DNA of 55,992 nt from Pseudomonadales bacterium. Its GTDB lineage: Bacteria; Pseudomonadota; Gammaproteobacteria; Pseudomonadales; UBA7434. Where the stretch lies: the NCBI GenBank assembly GCA_013043705.1, contig JABDNS010000049.1:1-55992 (forward strand), read 5' to 3'. Below the pieces are notes generated by a model, which had not been told where the DNA came from, searched no databases, and worked only from the letters and a program-made list of their open reading frames with translations. Positions 18,523-28,878 of the stretch are shown here, piece by piece (the first letter of the stretch is position 1; each line of letters starts with the position of its first letter). The position numbers and the translations under genes were made by a program.

Positions 18523-20820
18523 TTGAAGGCGCAGAAAAATGCTAATGCAGCGGCTAGCGCGCCACGCCAGCATTACTTCGCAACCTGCCCCAAGGGCCTT
18601 GAGGCGGTGTTGGCTCGCGAGCTACGCGGGCTTGGTATTGAAGCGGTGCAGGAAAGTGTGGCCGGTTGCTACTTCGATTGTGCCCAGGCACAAGCCTACA
18701 ACGTTTGTTATAAAACGCGCGTCGCCAATCGCGTGGTGCTGGTGCTGTTGCGCCGTGGATTTGACAGTGGCGAAGCACTGCTGCAAGCCGCTACAGCTTG
18801 CGACTGGCAAGCACATATCGACCCGGCACAATCGGTACATATCGATTTCAATGGCAGCAACGCTTTTATTCGCAATGCAAAGTACGGCGCCCAGCTGGTG
18901 CGCGATGCGTTGAATGATTACTTCCGTGCGCGCGACGAGGATCGCATTGAACTCGATAACTTCAGGCCCGATGTAAGGCTTTACGCCAGGCTGTTCAAGC
19001 GTCGCTTTACCCTGGGCATCGACCTGGTTGGCGCAAGCTTGCACCAGCGCGGTTATCGCGGCGATGGGGGCGAAGCACCGCTCAAGGAAAACCTGGCGGC
19101 GGCCTTGCTGATGTTATGCGACTGGCCTGCGCTGGCGGCGCAGGGCGCCAGTTTTGTCGATCCATTTTGCGGGTCGGGCACCTTACTTATTGAAGCCGCT
19201 TTGCAGGCAGCCAATATTCCATCCGGTTACCTGCGCGATGACTGGCCCTTGTTAAGGCTTGCCAGCGCCGATCAGTCAGCCTGGCAGGCCTGTGTCGATA
19301 ACGCCTATGTAGACCTGCAGAACCTGTCTTTGCCCTGCCGCATTGCGGGCAGCGATGTGAGTCGCAATGCGGTAGACATTGCCAGGCAAAATGTTGCGCG
19401 AGCAGGCCTTGCAGAAGTGGTCGAGGTGTCGCGCGCAGCAATCACAGATTTGGAATCAGCCGATTGTTTTGCAAACGCCACCGGATTGTTGCTAGCGAAC
19501 CCGCCCTATGGCCAACGCGTTGGTGACAAGCAGCAGCTAGACGAACTTTACGCGCAAATTGGTGCACTGTTGAAACAAAACTGCGCCGGTTGGCAGGCGG
19601 GCATTCTTACCGACAACGCCGAACTGGGTTGGCGTACCGGGCTACGCAGCTTTCGCCAGCACAAAGTTTACAACGGTAATATCGAGTGTCGCTTGCTGCG
19701 CTATGAGGTATCTAGCGATAGCCAGCTTAAACCCAGGGCGCGCGATGCAGCTGGGCAACGGGTTGGCGGGTTACGGCAAGCGGCGGCGCCGTTAAGCGAA
19801 GGCGCAAAAATGCTTGCCAATCGCCTGCGCAAAAACCTGCGTCGCTTAAAGCCCTGGCTTGCTACGCAAACTGCACCAAGTTACCGCGTGTATGATGCAG
19901 ACCTACCCGAATATGCTGTAGCGATAGACTGCTATACAGCATTGCCATTGACTGGCATCGCAAAAAACACAGCGAGCAGCCCGGCGAGCAACCCTGCCAC
20001 TAACGCCGCGCCGCTGCAATATTTTCACCTGCAGGAATACGCGGCACCGGCCAACATCGATGAGGCCACCGCCGGGCGCAGGGTCAGCGAAGCGGTGCAA
20101 GCGGTATGCGAAGTTTTTGATGTGCCAGCGCAGCAGGTTGTGCTGAAGCGCCGGGAAAGGCAGCGAGGCAAGCAGCAGTACGCGAAATTTTCCAGCCAGT
20201 TGCCCGACCTGGTGATCAGAGAGGGCGGCTATCCCTTTATCATCAATCTTGGAAAATACCTGGACACCGGGCTTTTCCTCGATCACCGGCCGCTGCGTAG
20301 GCTAATAGGCGAGCGTTGTCGCGGCAAACGCTTTTTGAATTTGTACGCCTACACTGCCAGCGCCACCGTGCACGCTGCGCGCGGCGGCGCGCGATCAAGC
20401 GTTAGTGTTGATATGTCTAAAACCTACCTGGCCTGGGCTGCGCGCAATTTTGAATTGAACGAAATGCCGTTTCAGCAACACTTGCTCGAGCGCGCTGACT
20501 GTGGCGAATGGTTGCAAAGCTGCGAGCGATGCTTTGATGTGATATTGCTCGACCCGCCCAGCTTTTCAAATTCCTCGCGTATGGCGCATACGCTGGACCT
20601 GCAACGCGATCACGCCGACTTGATAAAACGCAGTATGGCGTTACTCGAACAGTCTGGAGAGCTTTATTTTTCAACCAATCGACGCGGCTTCCGGTTAGCG
20701 CCGGAGCTGTTGGCGGTTTACACTGTAGAAGATCTTACCGACGCCACGCATGACCCCGATTTCCAGCGGCCGCGCCCATCGCACTACTGCTGGCGAATCA
20801 CAAACCGCAAGGGCTCCTAA
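18523..20820 (+). CDS. rlmKL: Bifunctional 23S rRNA m2G2445/m7G2069 methyltransferase
   Basis: THUMP region, LHQRGYR, APLKENLAA, DPFCGSGT, NPPYG, NRLRKN, YRVYDAD, DTGLFLDHR, LDPPSFSNS. Confidence 0.95.
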   Translation: MKAQKNANAAASAPRQHYFATCPKGLEAVLARELRGLGIEAVQESVAGCYFDCAQAQAYNVCYKTRVANRVVLVLLRRGFDSGEALLQAATACDWQAHIDPAQSVHIDFNGSNAFIRNAKYGAQLVRDALNDYFRARDEDRIELDNFRPDVRLYARLFKRRFTLGIDLVGASLHQRGYRGDGGEAPLKENLAAALLMLCDWPALAAQGASFVDPFCGSGTLLIEAALQAANIPSGYLRDDWPLLRLASADQSAWQACVDNAYVDLQNLSLPCRIAGSDVSRNAVDIARQNVARAGLAEVVEVSRAAITDLESADCFANATGLLLANPPYGQRVGDKQQLDELYAQIGALLKQNCAGWQAGILTDNAELGWRTGLRSFRQHKVYNGNIECRLLRYEVSSDSQLKPRARDAAGQRVGGLRQAAAPLSEGAKMLANRLRKNLRRLKPWLATQTAPSYRVYDADLPEYAVAIDCYTALPLTGIAKNTASSPASNPATNAAPLQYFHLQEYAAPANIDEATAGRRVSEAVQAVCEVFDVPAQQVVLKRRERQRGKQQYAKFSSQLPDLVIREGGYPFIINLGKYLDTGLFLDHRPLRRLIGERCRGKRFLNLYAYTASATVHAARGGARSSVSVDMSKTYLAWAARNFELNEMPFQQHLLERADCGEWLQSCERCFDVILLDPPSFSNSSRMAHTLDLQRDHADLIKRSMALLEQSGELYFSTNRRGFRLAPELLAVYTVEDLTDATHDPDFQRPRPSHYCWRITNRKGS

Positions 20821-21680
20821 TGCAAAATAGCTACCGATTGGTGATAGATTGCCCCGACCGGGTGGGTATCGTTGCCCGCGTTAGCCAGTACATCGCAGGG
20901 CAGGGCGGTTCGCTGTTAGAGGCGAGCTACCACGCCGATCCGTTGGCCAGGCGTTTTTTTATGCGTACCGAGATCGCCGCCGATACGCTGGCCGTTAGCC
21001 CCGACACTTTTTCCAGCGGCTTTGCAAAGATAGCCGATGAGTTCTCGATGAACTGGCATTTGCGCGATGCCAGTAAACCACGCAAGGTCGCGTTGCTGGT
21101 GAGCCGCGCCTCGCATTGCCTGGCCGACCTGTTGCACCGCTGGCGCAGTGGCGATTTGCAGTGTGAGGTGCCGTGCATCATCTCTAATCACGAAAGCATG
21201 CGCGAGATCGCAGGCTGGTACGACGTGCCCTTTTTCCACGTAGCAATGCCGGCCGATGCCGAGAAAAAGCGCCTCGGGTTCGCTGAAATTGAGCGCTTGC
21301 TCGTCCAACACGATATCGATACCGTGGTACTTGCGCGCTTTATGCAAATAATGCCGCAGGCGCTGTGCGCGCGCTATCCCAACCGCATGATTAACATTCA
21401 TCACAGCTTCCTGCCATCGTTTATTGGCGCCAATCCCTACAAGCGGGCTTTCGAGCGGGGCGTTAAATTAATAGGTGCTACCTGCCATTATGTTACCGAA
21501 GCGCTGGATGAGGGGCCAATAATTGAGCAAGATGTGATCAGGGTGGGCCACCAGCACGACGACCAGGATATGCTCAGGCTGGGCAAAGACGTAGAGGCCA
21601 GGGTGTTGGCCCAGGGATTGCGTTTACACCTTGAGGATAGGGCTATAGTGGTGGGCAATAAGACCGTTATCTTCGACTAA
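20820..21680 (+). CDS. purU: Formyltetrahydrofolate deformylase
   Basis: ACT domain CPDRVGIVA, HCLADLL, INIHHSFLPSF.GA.PY, RGVKLIGAT, EGPIIEQD. Confidence 0.97.
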   Translation: MQNSYRLVIDCPDRVGIVARVSQYIAGQGGSLLEASYHADPLARRFFMRTEIAADTLAVSPDTFSSGFAKIADEFSMNWHLRDASKPRKVALLVSRASHCLADLLHRWRSGDLQCEVPCIISNHESMREIAGWYDVPFFHVAMPADAEKKRLGFAEIERLLVQHDIDTVVLARFMQIMPQALCARYPNRMINIHHSFLPSFIGANPYKRAFERGVKLIGATCHYVTEALDEGPIIEQDVIRVGHQHDDQDMLRLGKDVEARVLAQGLRLHLEDRAIVVGNKTVIFD

Positions 21681-22082
21681 AGGGTCGATTTCCAGCCCCC
21701 TTCGGTACATCATTAAGCTGTATGGGTATTGTGCATGTGTTGCACATTATAAAATCGGCTTGCGTTACGACCCTGTCATCATTGAAAATGGCGACTGTAA
21801 CGCATTGGCCTAGCGGGAAATATTGATTTCATGCTCTGCCCATTGCACCAAAAATGAATAATGTGCCGGCCAAAACAGTTTTGCCGGGGTAGCCAGGGCC
21901 TGCAGTTTGCGCTGTAGAAGGCGCGGAATTAGCGCCAGGGCTTTGCAAGATAATTAAATAAGCACGACAACCAACAATTATATATAGTGCCAAAACCGCG
22001 TAGGCGGGACGGGCCAATGTAGAGTCTGGTGATACTGGTGATACGTTATTGCTCGGCTCGTAAGCTCTCAGGAGAAAGTTAG

Positions 22083-24434
22083 ATGTTGAAATCCGCCGGG
22101 TTAGGCTTTTCGGGCCTCGCTGTTCTCGCCATGATGTCGCTGCCTGGCGCGCTGGCGCAGAGTAAAGAAGAACTCGAAGCCTATGAGGCCGAGTTGATCG
22201 ATTATGAGAAAGAGCTGGATCAACGTGCCAAAGAGCTGGACGAGCTCGAAATTGAACTCGAAGATTTAGAGGATGAATTCCTCGATAGCGAATTGGGCGA
22301 GGCACCACCACGGCGCAGGCGCGCAGCGCCAACCGCCGACGGTGAGGAGCAAGTTGCCGACGCCGATGCTGCAGCTCCAGTGGGTGAGGATGGCGTCGCA
22401 ATGGTGCCCGTGGTCGAGTATTTCTCTGCCGAGCCCTATGTGCCCGAAAATACCCGCAGCTTTGATCGAACCGAGCTAACCAAATCCAATATCAACGCGC
22501 TTAGCGATATGCTGCCGGGCAATGCCGCCGGGCTGCTGTTGCAAACCTCGGATAGCAATGCGGCGGCGCTGGAGTTAAGCCTGCGCGGCGTGAGCGGTAC
22601 CACCGTGCACCAGGGCACTGGCGACCCCGGTGTTGGTGTGTTCATCGATGGCGTGTACATCGCGCGCTCGCAAGGCCTGACCATGGACCTGCTCGACCTT
22701 GAGCGCATCGACGTGCAGCGCGGCCCGCAGGGCGTGCTTAGCGGGCGCAATACCTCGGGTGGCGCGGTTCACTTGGTTTCTCGAAAGCCCACCGGTGAAC
22801 TCGACATAGAGCAAACACTGCTGTTCGGCGGCGAATACGATGAAGTGAAGTCGGTAACCCATGTAAATCTGCCGCGCCTGGCCGATATCGTTAACGCCAA
22901 AGTTTCGTACATGCTCGATGACCACAAAGGCTGGGTCGTGAATCCCGGCCAGGGTAGCCAGAACAACGATTTCTGGTCGCGCGACAACCAGGCCGTGCGC
23001 ATCGCGGTTAATCTGGATAAAGGCGGCCCTATCGCGTTTGACTACGCCTTTGAAGATGCAGAGATCACCTCTACCATGCCTTACTTCCAGGCCGTGGACA
23101 TGGGTGAAGCGAAGATGCAGGAAACGGCGCGATCGGGGCTCAATATTCCCGAGTCGGATATCGATATCCAGCATCACAACCAAACCATGGTCATCAGCGG
23201 CGAGAAAGCCTCTATCACATCGATTATTGGCTACCGCGAAGTTGAATCCACCGAATTCACCAACTACGACGGCTTGTTTGGCGCAGGCGTGACACCCACT
23301 ACTGCGCCTGGCGACCAAATTCGCCAGGACCAGTTCTCGGTGGACCTGCGCTTGCAGAGGTTGTTTTACAAGGACCAGGTAGATTTGATTGTCGGCGTCA
23401 ACAACCTGCGCGAAACAGTAGAGCTGCAGGAAAGTGCGACCAGTGGTACCTCCGATGTCGATTCGTTTTCGGTTTATGCGCAGGGTGTTATGGCCATTGG
23501 CAACCAGCTCGAATTTTTGCTGGGCTGGCGTGAGACCAGGGACGAAAAAACTGTGCAAAGCCTGAGACGCAACTCTGTTAACACCGGGCAGCAAACCAAT
23601 ATTGAAGACGACAACACATCGTTTGAAGTGGCCTTTAGACTGCAACCTTCAGAGCACACCAGGGCATGGTTGAGCCTTGCGCGTGGTTTCAAAGCAGCCG
23701 GTGCATCGTTGTATGCCGAGGGCACGCAACCTTATGCAGCGGAAGAGGCAGAAACTATTGAAGCGGGCTTTTCGGGTTCGGCGTGGAAGCAAAAAATCAA
23801 TTACACCGTGGCCGCGTACTCAACCAATCTCGAGAATCGGCAGCTGGTATTTCTCGACCCCGATAACTTGCGCATCACCGACATCATTAACGACCCGAAC
23901 TCGACCAGTATCGAAGGCGTCGAGTTGAATTTGAGTGTGCAGCCGTTAAAAGACCTGACCATTTCAACGTTTTATAGCTATATGGACTACGCAGCCAATG
24001 CGATTGCCGAGCCCTATGATGGCGCCGGATCGTTCTCACCAGGCGCAGGCCCGGCGGTGGTTGTGGAAGGCGAGCGTGCCCCGCAGCATATGGGCTGGGC
24101 GGCTATCGATTACCAGGTGGGTAAGTTCGAGGCAGGCGACCTCGCACTCAGGCTCGAGTATAGCAGCATAGGGGATTACTTTTTTAATTCGCTCAACCCC
24201 GAGCAGGATTCGCGTGATATTTTAAATGCACGTGTGAATATGAGTGGCCTGCAACTCGAAGACGATGCTGGGCAATTGGAAGTTGGCATCTGGGCGAAAA
24301 ATATTTTGGATGAAGAGTACACCGCGTCTAGCCAGTACGTAACCAGCAGCCCCAGGGCGAGCAAATCGGGCAATGTGGTGTCCAGCTTTGGTGAGCCGTT
24401 CACTTACGGCGTGGATATTCGCTACGCGTTCTAA
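22083..24434 (+). CDS. TonB-dependent receptor with acidic N-terminal extension
   Basis: Signal peptide ALA-Q. Plug motifs LSLRG, VGVFIDGVY, DLERIDVQRGPQG.L.GRN..GGAV. C-terminal KNILDEEY..GEPFTYGVDIRYAF. Confidence 0.93.
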   Translation: MLKSAGLGFSGLAVLAMMSLPGALAQSKEELEAYEAELIDYEKELDQRAKELDELEIELEDLEDEFLDSELGEAPPRRRRAAPTADGEEQVADADAAAPVGEDGVAMVPVVEYFSAEPYVPENTRSFDRTELTKSNINALSDMLPGNAAGLLLQTSDSNAAALELSLRGVSGTTVHQGTGDPGVGVFIDGVYIARSQGLTMDLLDLERIDVQRGPQGVLSGRNTSGGAVHLVSRKPTGELDIEQTLLFGGEYDEVKSVTHVNLPRLADIVNAKVSYMLDDHKGWVVNPGQGSQNNDFWSRDNQAVRIAVNLDKGGPIAFDYAFEDAEITSTMPYFQAVDMGEAKMQETARSGLNIPESDIDIQHHNQTMVISGEKASITSIIGYREVESTEFTNYDGLFGAGVTPTTAPGDQIRQDQFSVDLRLQRLFYKDQVDLIVGVNNLRETVELQESATSGTSDVDSFSVYAQGVMAIGNQLEFLLGWRETRDEKTVQSLRRNSVNTGQQTNIEDDNTSFEVAFRLQPSEHTRAWLSLARGFKAAGASLYAEGTQPYAAEEAETIEAGFSGSAWKQKINYTVAAYSTNLENRQLVFLDPDNLRITDIINDPNSTSIEGVELNLSVQPLKDLTISTFYSYMDYAANAIAEPYDGAGSFSPGAGPAVVVEGERAPQHMGWAAIDYQVGKFEAGDLALRLEYSSIGDYFFNSLNPEQDSRDILNARVNMSGLQLEDDAGQLEVGIWAKNILDEEYTASSQYVTSSPRASKSGNVVSSFGEPFTYGVDIRYAF

Positions 24435-24482
24435 ACACCCATCTGGCAAAGCAGCGTCTGTGTAAAGTTTAAAGTGAAGATT

Positions 24483-24513
24483 AAAAAGCCGCCCAACGGG
24501 GCGGCTTTTTTTT
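24483..24513 (+). terminator. Rho-independent terminator (likely bidirectional)
   Basis: AAAAA GCCGCCC-AACG-GGGCGGC TTTTTTTT downstream of the TonB-dependent receptor. Confidence 0.9.
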
Positions 24514-24608
24514 GCCCGTTAAGCCTTCGCTGGAAGCTAAGGCCTGGCCGCAAACATTGGCGTATTTCATGCATAGGGAGAAGTAGGCGATGTATCAGGC
24601 GGCAACTC

Positions 24609-24695
24609 GTCAATGGATTGTCGAATATACGCGCTACCTCCGCGCTGTGCTGACATAGCCCGGTGGCGATATCGCTGAAATGACAAGAATTTGAC
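24609..24695. promoter_or_regulatory. Two candidate FleQ-type binding boxes upstream of fliE
   Basis: GTCAATGGATTGTC (24609-22) and GACAAGAATTTGAC (24682-95), each 11/14 against GTCAATAAATTGAC. Confidence 0.5.
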
Positions 24696-24818
24696 TCGCT
24701 TGTGTCCTGCTTCCACGCACCAAGCCCAGGCCGGCGAGCTGGAACCCGAACTGGAACGAAAGTGCCCGGAATCTGCAAGAAATAGCAATAGTGCCAGCGG
24801 TAACAAACAGTCCAAACA

Positions 24819-25184
24819 ATGGAGCATGCCATGAGCAGCAGCCAACCTATCAACCGACCCGATGTAAACCAGGTTCTTAACGAGATGCGTGCGCTCAAGT
24901 CCAGGGCGCAGGGTTTTGAGCCAGCTACTGCCGCAGGCGATTCCGCTACTGGCGCCAACCCGGTTGAATTCCAGAGCATGCTGGCGCAGGCGGTGGACAA
25001 GGTGAATAGCGTGCAAAAAGAGTCTGGTGACCTGGCCGAAGCATTCCAGTTGGGCGACCCCGAGGTTACGCTTTCACAAGTGGTGATTGCTTCGGAGAAA
25101 GCAGGCATCGCCTTCGAGGCGATGAGCGAAGTGCGCAACCGCCTGGTCAAGGCCTACGAAGATATTATGAATATGCCGATTTAA
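24819..25184 (+). CDS. fliE: Flagellar hook-basal body complex protein
   Basis: F..ML..AVDKVN..Q, V.IASEKA..AF....EVRNRLV.AY.DIMNMPI. Start may be 24831. Confidence 0.96.
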   Translation: MEHAMSSSQPINRPDVNQVLNEMRALKSRAQGFEPATAAGDSATGANPVEFQSMLAQAVDKVNSVQKESGDLAEAFQLGDPEVTLSQVVIASEKAGIAFEAMSEVRNRLVKAYEDIMNMPI

Positions 25185-25315
25185 TTCAAGCGATTCGCAA
25201 GCCCTGGATTTGCAAGCTTTAGTAAAGTCCCAAAAGTCGCCAGGCATTGGCTGCATACATTGGCTTGGTGACAACCATTTTATAATCGCCACATCCATCA
25301 ACAGATTCTTATCCT

Positions 25316-27025
25316 ATGGCTGAAAGCACTGCAGTCGCAACCAATGAGTCACCAAGACCGTTTGAAAGCTTCCTGAACCTTGAGTTCGGCAGACAGCTTG
25401 GCTTAATGCTGGGCCTCGCTGCCAGCGTGGCGATTGGCGTAGGCGTGGCCTTGTGGCTGGTTACCGAGAAAGACTACAAGCCGCTGTACTCAAGCCTCGA
25501 GCGCATTGATGGCAGCGGCGTGGTTGAAGTGCTGGATGCCAACGCCATTGGCTATCGTATCGATAGTCGCTCCGGTGCGTTGCTGGTAGACGCAGGCAAG
25601 ATCCACCAGGCGCGTATGGCGCTGGCCTCTGCGGGCATGCCACTGGACCAGAATGCGGGCTTTGAATTGCTCGACAAAGAGCAGCCGCTGGGCACCAGCC
25701 AATTCATGGAAAGCGCGCGCTATCGGCGCGGGCTTGAAGGCGAACTGGCGCGAACCATTAGCAGCATTGCCGCAGTGCGGGCGGCACGCGTACACCTGGC
25801 GATTCCAAAAACTACCGTGTTTTTGCGCGATGCGCGCGAGTCCAGTGCGTCGATTTTTATTGAAGTGTTTCGCGGCATTCCACTCGAGCAAGAGCAGGTG
25901 CGTGCGATTGCCAATTTGGTTGCATCTTCCGTTCCTTCTTTAAGCTTGCGCAACGTAACGGTTGTCGACCAGCGCGGCAACTTGTTATCCAACTTTGCGC
26001 AGCAAGACGAACGCTACGCCGATGCGGCCCGGCAGCTTGACTACAACCGCAAAATCGAAAACGATCTGTTGCAGCGCGTTAACGGCTTGCTCGAACCGAT
26101 CCTGGGCGCTGAAAAGTTTCGCGCTGAAATTGCCGTCGACCTGGATTTTACGCGCATCGAGCAGACCGCAGAAATTTACAACCCCGACCTGCCGGCAATT
26201 CGCAGCGAGCAAACCACCACCGAACAAACCCTGGCCGCTGGTGACGGCGGCGGCGAGGGTGTGCCCGGCGCATTGAGCAACCAGCCCCCTGAAACCGGCC
26301 AGTTGGGTGCGGCCGAAGGTCAGGCGCAGGCGGGCGGGGCAGTAGCGCCAGCACCAACGCGCTCGCGACAGTTGGCGACGCGCAATTTTGAGCTCGATCG
26401 CACCATCAGCCACACGCGTCACTCGGTGGGCAATATCACACGGCTTACCGTGGCAGTGGCGATTGACGATATGGCCGGAGCCGAGCCTGCAGGCGAGCAA
26501 GATACCGGGGCCGGTGGCTGGACGCAGCAGGAGCTCGACCGGCTGACCGCTCTGGTGCAAAATGCGGTGGGCTATGATGCTGCGCGCGGCGATCGGGTGT
26601 CGGTTATCAATACTCGATTCCTGGTTGAAGATCCTGAGCCGCTGCCCGAAGTTGTGGTTAAAATGTGGGAGCAGCCCTGGTTCTGGAATATCGTGCGTAC
26701 AGTGCTTGGCGTGTTGGCGTTTATCATTGTCGTTTTCATGGTGTTGCGCCCCACCATGCGGCGTCTTACCGAGAATTCGCAAAAAATCAAGGAGCTGGAA
26801 GTAAGGCACCAGGCCGCGCTCAATGCTGTGAATGAAGTGGCTGCTGGCGGTGAGGCGACCATCTCGCCGGAAGGCGATGTGACGCTAACCGGCGCTTCCA
26901 AAAATTTGTTGAACGCCCCGAATGACCAGTTCGCCGAAGTAGAGAGCCAGGTTCGTTCGCTGGTAGACCAGGATCCGGCGCGCGCCGCGCAAGTTTTGCA
27001 GGGCTGGGCAGGCAGGGATGAATAA
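25316..27025 (+). CDS. fliF: Flagellar M-ring protein
   Basis: GFELLD, GTSQFME, LEGELARTI, ARVHLA.PK, GVPGALSNQPP, NAVGYD..RGD. Confidence 0.97.
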   Translation: MAESTAVATNESPRPFESFLNLEFGRQLGLMLGLAASVAIGVGVALWLVTEKDYKPLYSSLERIDGSGVVEVLDANAIGYRIDSRSGALLVDAGKIHQARMALASAGMPLDQNAGFELLDKEQPLGTSQFMESARYRRGLEGELARTISSIAAVRAARVHLAIPKTTVFLRDARESSASIFIEVFRGIPLEQEQVRAIANLVASSVPSLSLRNVTVVDQRGNLLSNFAQQDERYADAARQLDYNRKIENDLLQRVNGLLEPILGAEKFRAEIAVDLDFTRIEQTAEIYNPDLPAIRSEQTTTEQTLAAGDGGGEGVPGALSNQPPETGQLGAAEGQAQAGGAVAPAPTRSRQLATRNFELDRTISHTRHSVGNITRLTVAVAIDDMAGAEPAGEQDTGAGGWTQQELDRLTALVQNAVGYDAARGDRVSVINTRFLVEDPEPLPEVVVKMWEQPWFWNIVRTVLGVLAFIIVVFMVLRPTMRRLTENSQKIKELEVRHQAALNAVNEVAAGGEATISPEGDVTLTGASKNLLNAPNDQFAEVESQVRSLVDQDPARAAQVLQGWAGRDE

Positions 27026-27055
27026 GCCAATAATCGTAAACGAAGTTTACCGGCC

Positions 27056-28087
27056 ATGAATGAAGCTGCGACAGCCGCAACAACAGAAGTTGTTGAAAAG
27101 ATCCCTTACGTAGAAAAGGCTGCCATCCTGTTGCTAACGGTTGGAGAAGCATCGGCAGCTGCAGTATTGAAACAACTCGGTCCCAAAGAAGTGCAGCGCA
27201 TTGGCAGCACGATGGCATCACTGAGCGAGATAAAGCGCGAAAAAATCGAAACGGTTTTCAGCGAGTTTGTCGGTGAAATGACAGATACCACGGGCTTCGG
27301 TATGGGTACCGACAGCTACGTTCGCAGCATGCTTACCAAGGCGCTGGGCGCGGAAAAAGCTTCGGGCATCATCGACCGCATACTGTTGGGCGGCAATACG
27401 CAGGGCCTGGACACCCTGAAGTGGATGGACGCGCGTGCAATTTCAGACATCATCCGCCAGGAGCACCCACAAATACAGGCTATCGTGATTGCCTATCTTG
27501 AAAGTGACCTGTCGGCCGAGGTGCTGTCTTACCTGCCCGAGTCCATGCGGCTGGATATTATTTTGCGCGTGGCCAAGCTCGATACCGTGCAGCCCGATGC
27601 TCTGCTTGAATTAAACAATATTCTTGAGCGGCAGTTTGCCGGCAGTTCCTCAACACAGAAGCGTCGCATTGGTGGCACCAAAGTTGCCGCCGACATCATG
27701 ACCAATCTCGACGGCAGTATTGAAACAGAAATAATGGATGCGCTGACTGAAGTTGATGAAGAGCTGTCAATCACGATACAGGATTTGATGTTTGTGTTCG
27801 CCAACTTGATGGACGTTGACGATCGCGGTATTCAGTCGCTGTTGCGCGAGGTCTCTACCGAAGTGCTGGTGGTCGCATTGAAAGGCGCCGATGAAGAGCT
27901 ACAGAATAAGATCTTTGGCAACATGTCTTCGCGCGCGGCAGATTTGCTGCGCGACGACCTGGAGGCGCTCGGGCCGATGAAGGTTAGCGATGTCGAGGCT
28001 GCGCAAAAGGAAATTCTGGTGGTGGCCAGGCGCATGGCCGAGGCTGGCGAAATCATGCTGGGCGGTTCTGGCGAACAAATGCTTTGA
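27056..28087 (+). CDS. fliG: Flagellar motor switch protein
   Basis: KAAILLL, EHPQI, GG.K.AA, MFVF, ALKGA, NMSSRAA. Confidence 0.97.
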   Translation: MNEAATAATTEVVEKIPYVEKAAILLLTVGEASAAAVLKQLGPKEVQRIGSTMASLSEIKREKIETVFSEFVGEMTDTTGFGMGTDSYVRSMLTKALGAEKASGIIDRILLGGNTQGLDTLKWMDARAISDIIRQEHPQIQAIVIAYLESDLSAEVLSYLPESMRLDIILRVAKLDTVQPDALLELNNILERQFAGSSSTQKRRIGGTKVAADIMTNLDGSIETEIMDALTEVDEELSITIQDLMFVFANLMDVDDRGIQSLLREVSTEVLVVALKGADEELQNKIFGNMSSRAADLLRDDLEALGPMKVSDVEAAQKEILVVARRMAEAGEIMLGGSGEQML

Positions 28088-28146
28088 TCACGCCCGCCGG
28101 CAAGCATTGGCCTGGCTTTTTCAAAATGGCAACGGTTGTTAATTGA

Positions 28147-28878
28147 ATGTCTGAAACGTCTGGCGAGAATTCCGCGGAGGCATGGCTGTTGCCGGAGCTG
28201 GGTGATGCGCAGGTAGTGCAAACCACGCGGCGCAATGCCGGGTTTTCTGCCGCTGTCTCTGCCCCAGTCGATGCGGCGCAGACACAGCATGATATGAGCT
28301 CTCGCGCTCCGCTTACCCGCAGCCGCCTCGACGAGCTGGCGCGCCAGGCCCGCGAGCAAGGTCACGACAACGGCCGCGCCGAGGGCTATCAAAAAGGCTA
28401 TGCGGAGGGTGAGGCGCGCGCGCGCGAAGTTGTGTTGGAGCAGGGCGCACAGCAGCGCGAACAGCTAGCCTCGCTGCTCAATTCGCTCACCGTTGATATT
28501 TCTGCATCGCAACAAGGTCTGCAAGCTGCACTGATAGAAATTGTGCACAGAATCGCGCGAGCAGTTTGCTTGCGCGAGCTGGGCGCAGCCGGGCAGCAAA
28601 GCATCGCCACGATTACAGAGCGCACGTTGCAAGCACTGCCGCTTGGTGAGCAACACGTGGTGTTGCACTTTCATCCCGATGATCTTGAACTTATCCAGCA
28701 GCAGCCTGGCTTGGTCAAGCCTGCCTGGCAGCTAATTGCAGATGAAACATTAGGCCGCGGCGATGTGCGCGTTGAGTCAGAGTTCAGTCAGGTCGATGCG
28801 AGCGTGGAGCAACGTCTTGCCAATATCATTGCCGCGGCGTTTGACGAATCCAGTGACGGCGGCGAGCAAGGGCTTTGA
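28147..28878 (+). CDS. fliH: Flagellar assembly protein
   Basis: W.LP N-terminus, GxxxG repeats (QGHDNGRAEGYQKGYAEG), HPDD. Synteny. Confidence 0.9.
   Translation: MSETSGENSAEAWLLPELGDAQVVQTTRRNAGFSAAVSAPVDAAQTQHDMSSRAPLTRSRLDELARQAREQGHDNGRAEGYQKGYAEGEARAREVVLEQGAQQREQLASLLNSLTVDISASQQGLQAALIEIVHRIARAVCLRELGAAGQQSIATITERTLQALPLGEQHVVLHFHPDDLELIQQQPGLVKPAWQLIADETLGRGDVRVESEFSQVDASVEQRLANIIAAAFDESSDGGEQGL

Noticed and set aside
21730-21746. TGTGCA-N5-TGCACA palindrome upstream of the TonB-dependent receptor
   Set aside because: Short single instance; cannot be assigned and is plausible by chance.
22575-23645. 356-aa antisense ORF (similar ones at 25985-26809, 28826-29650, 33891-34631, 36948-37664)
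   Set aside because: Shadow frames opposite well-supported genes, with no recognisable motifs.
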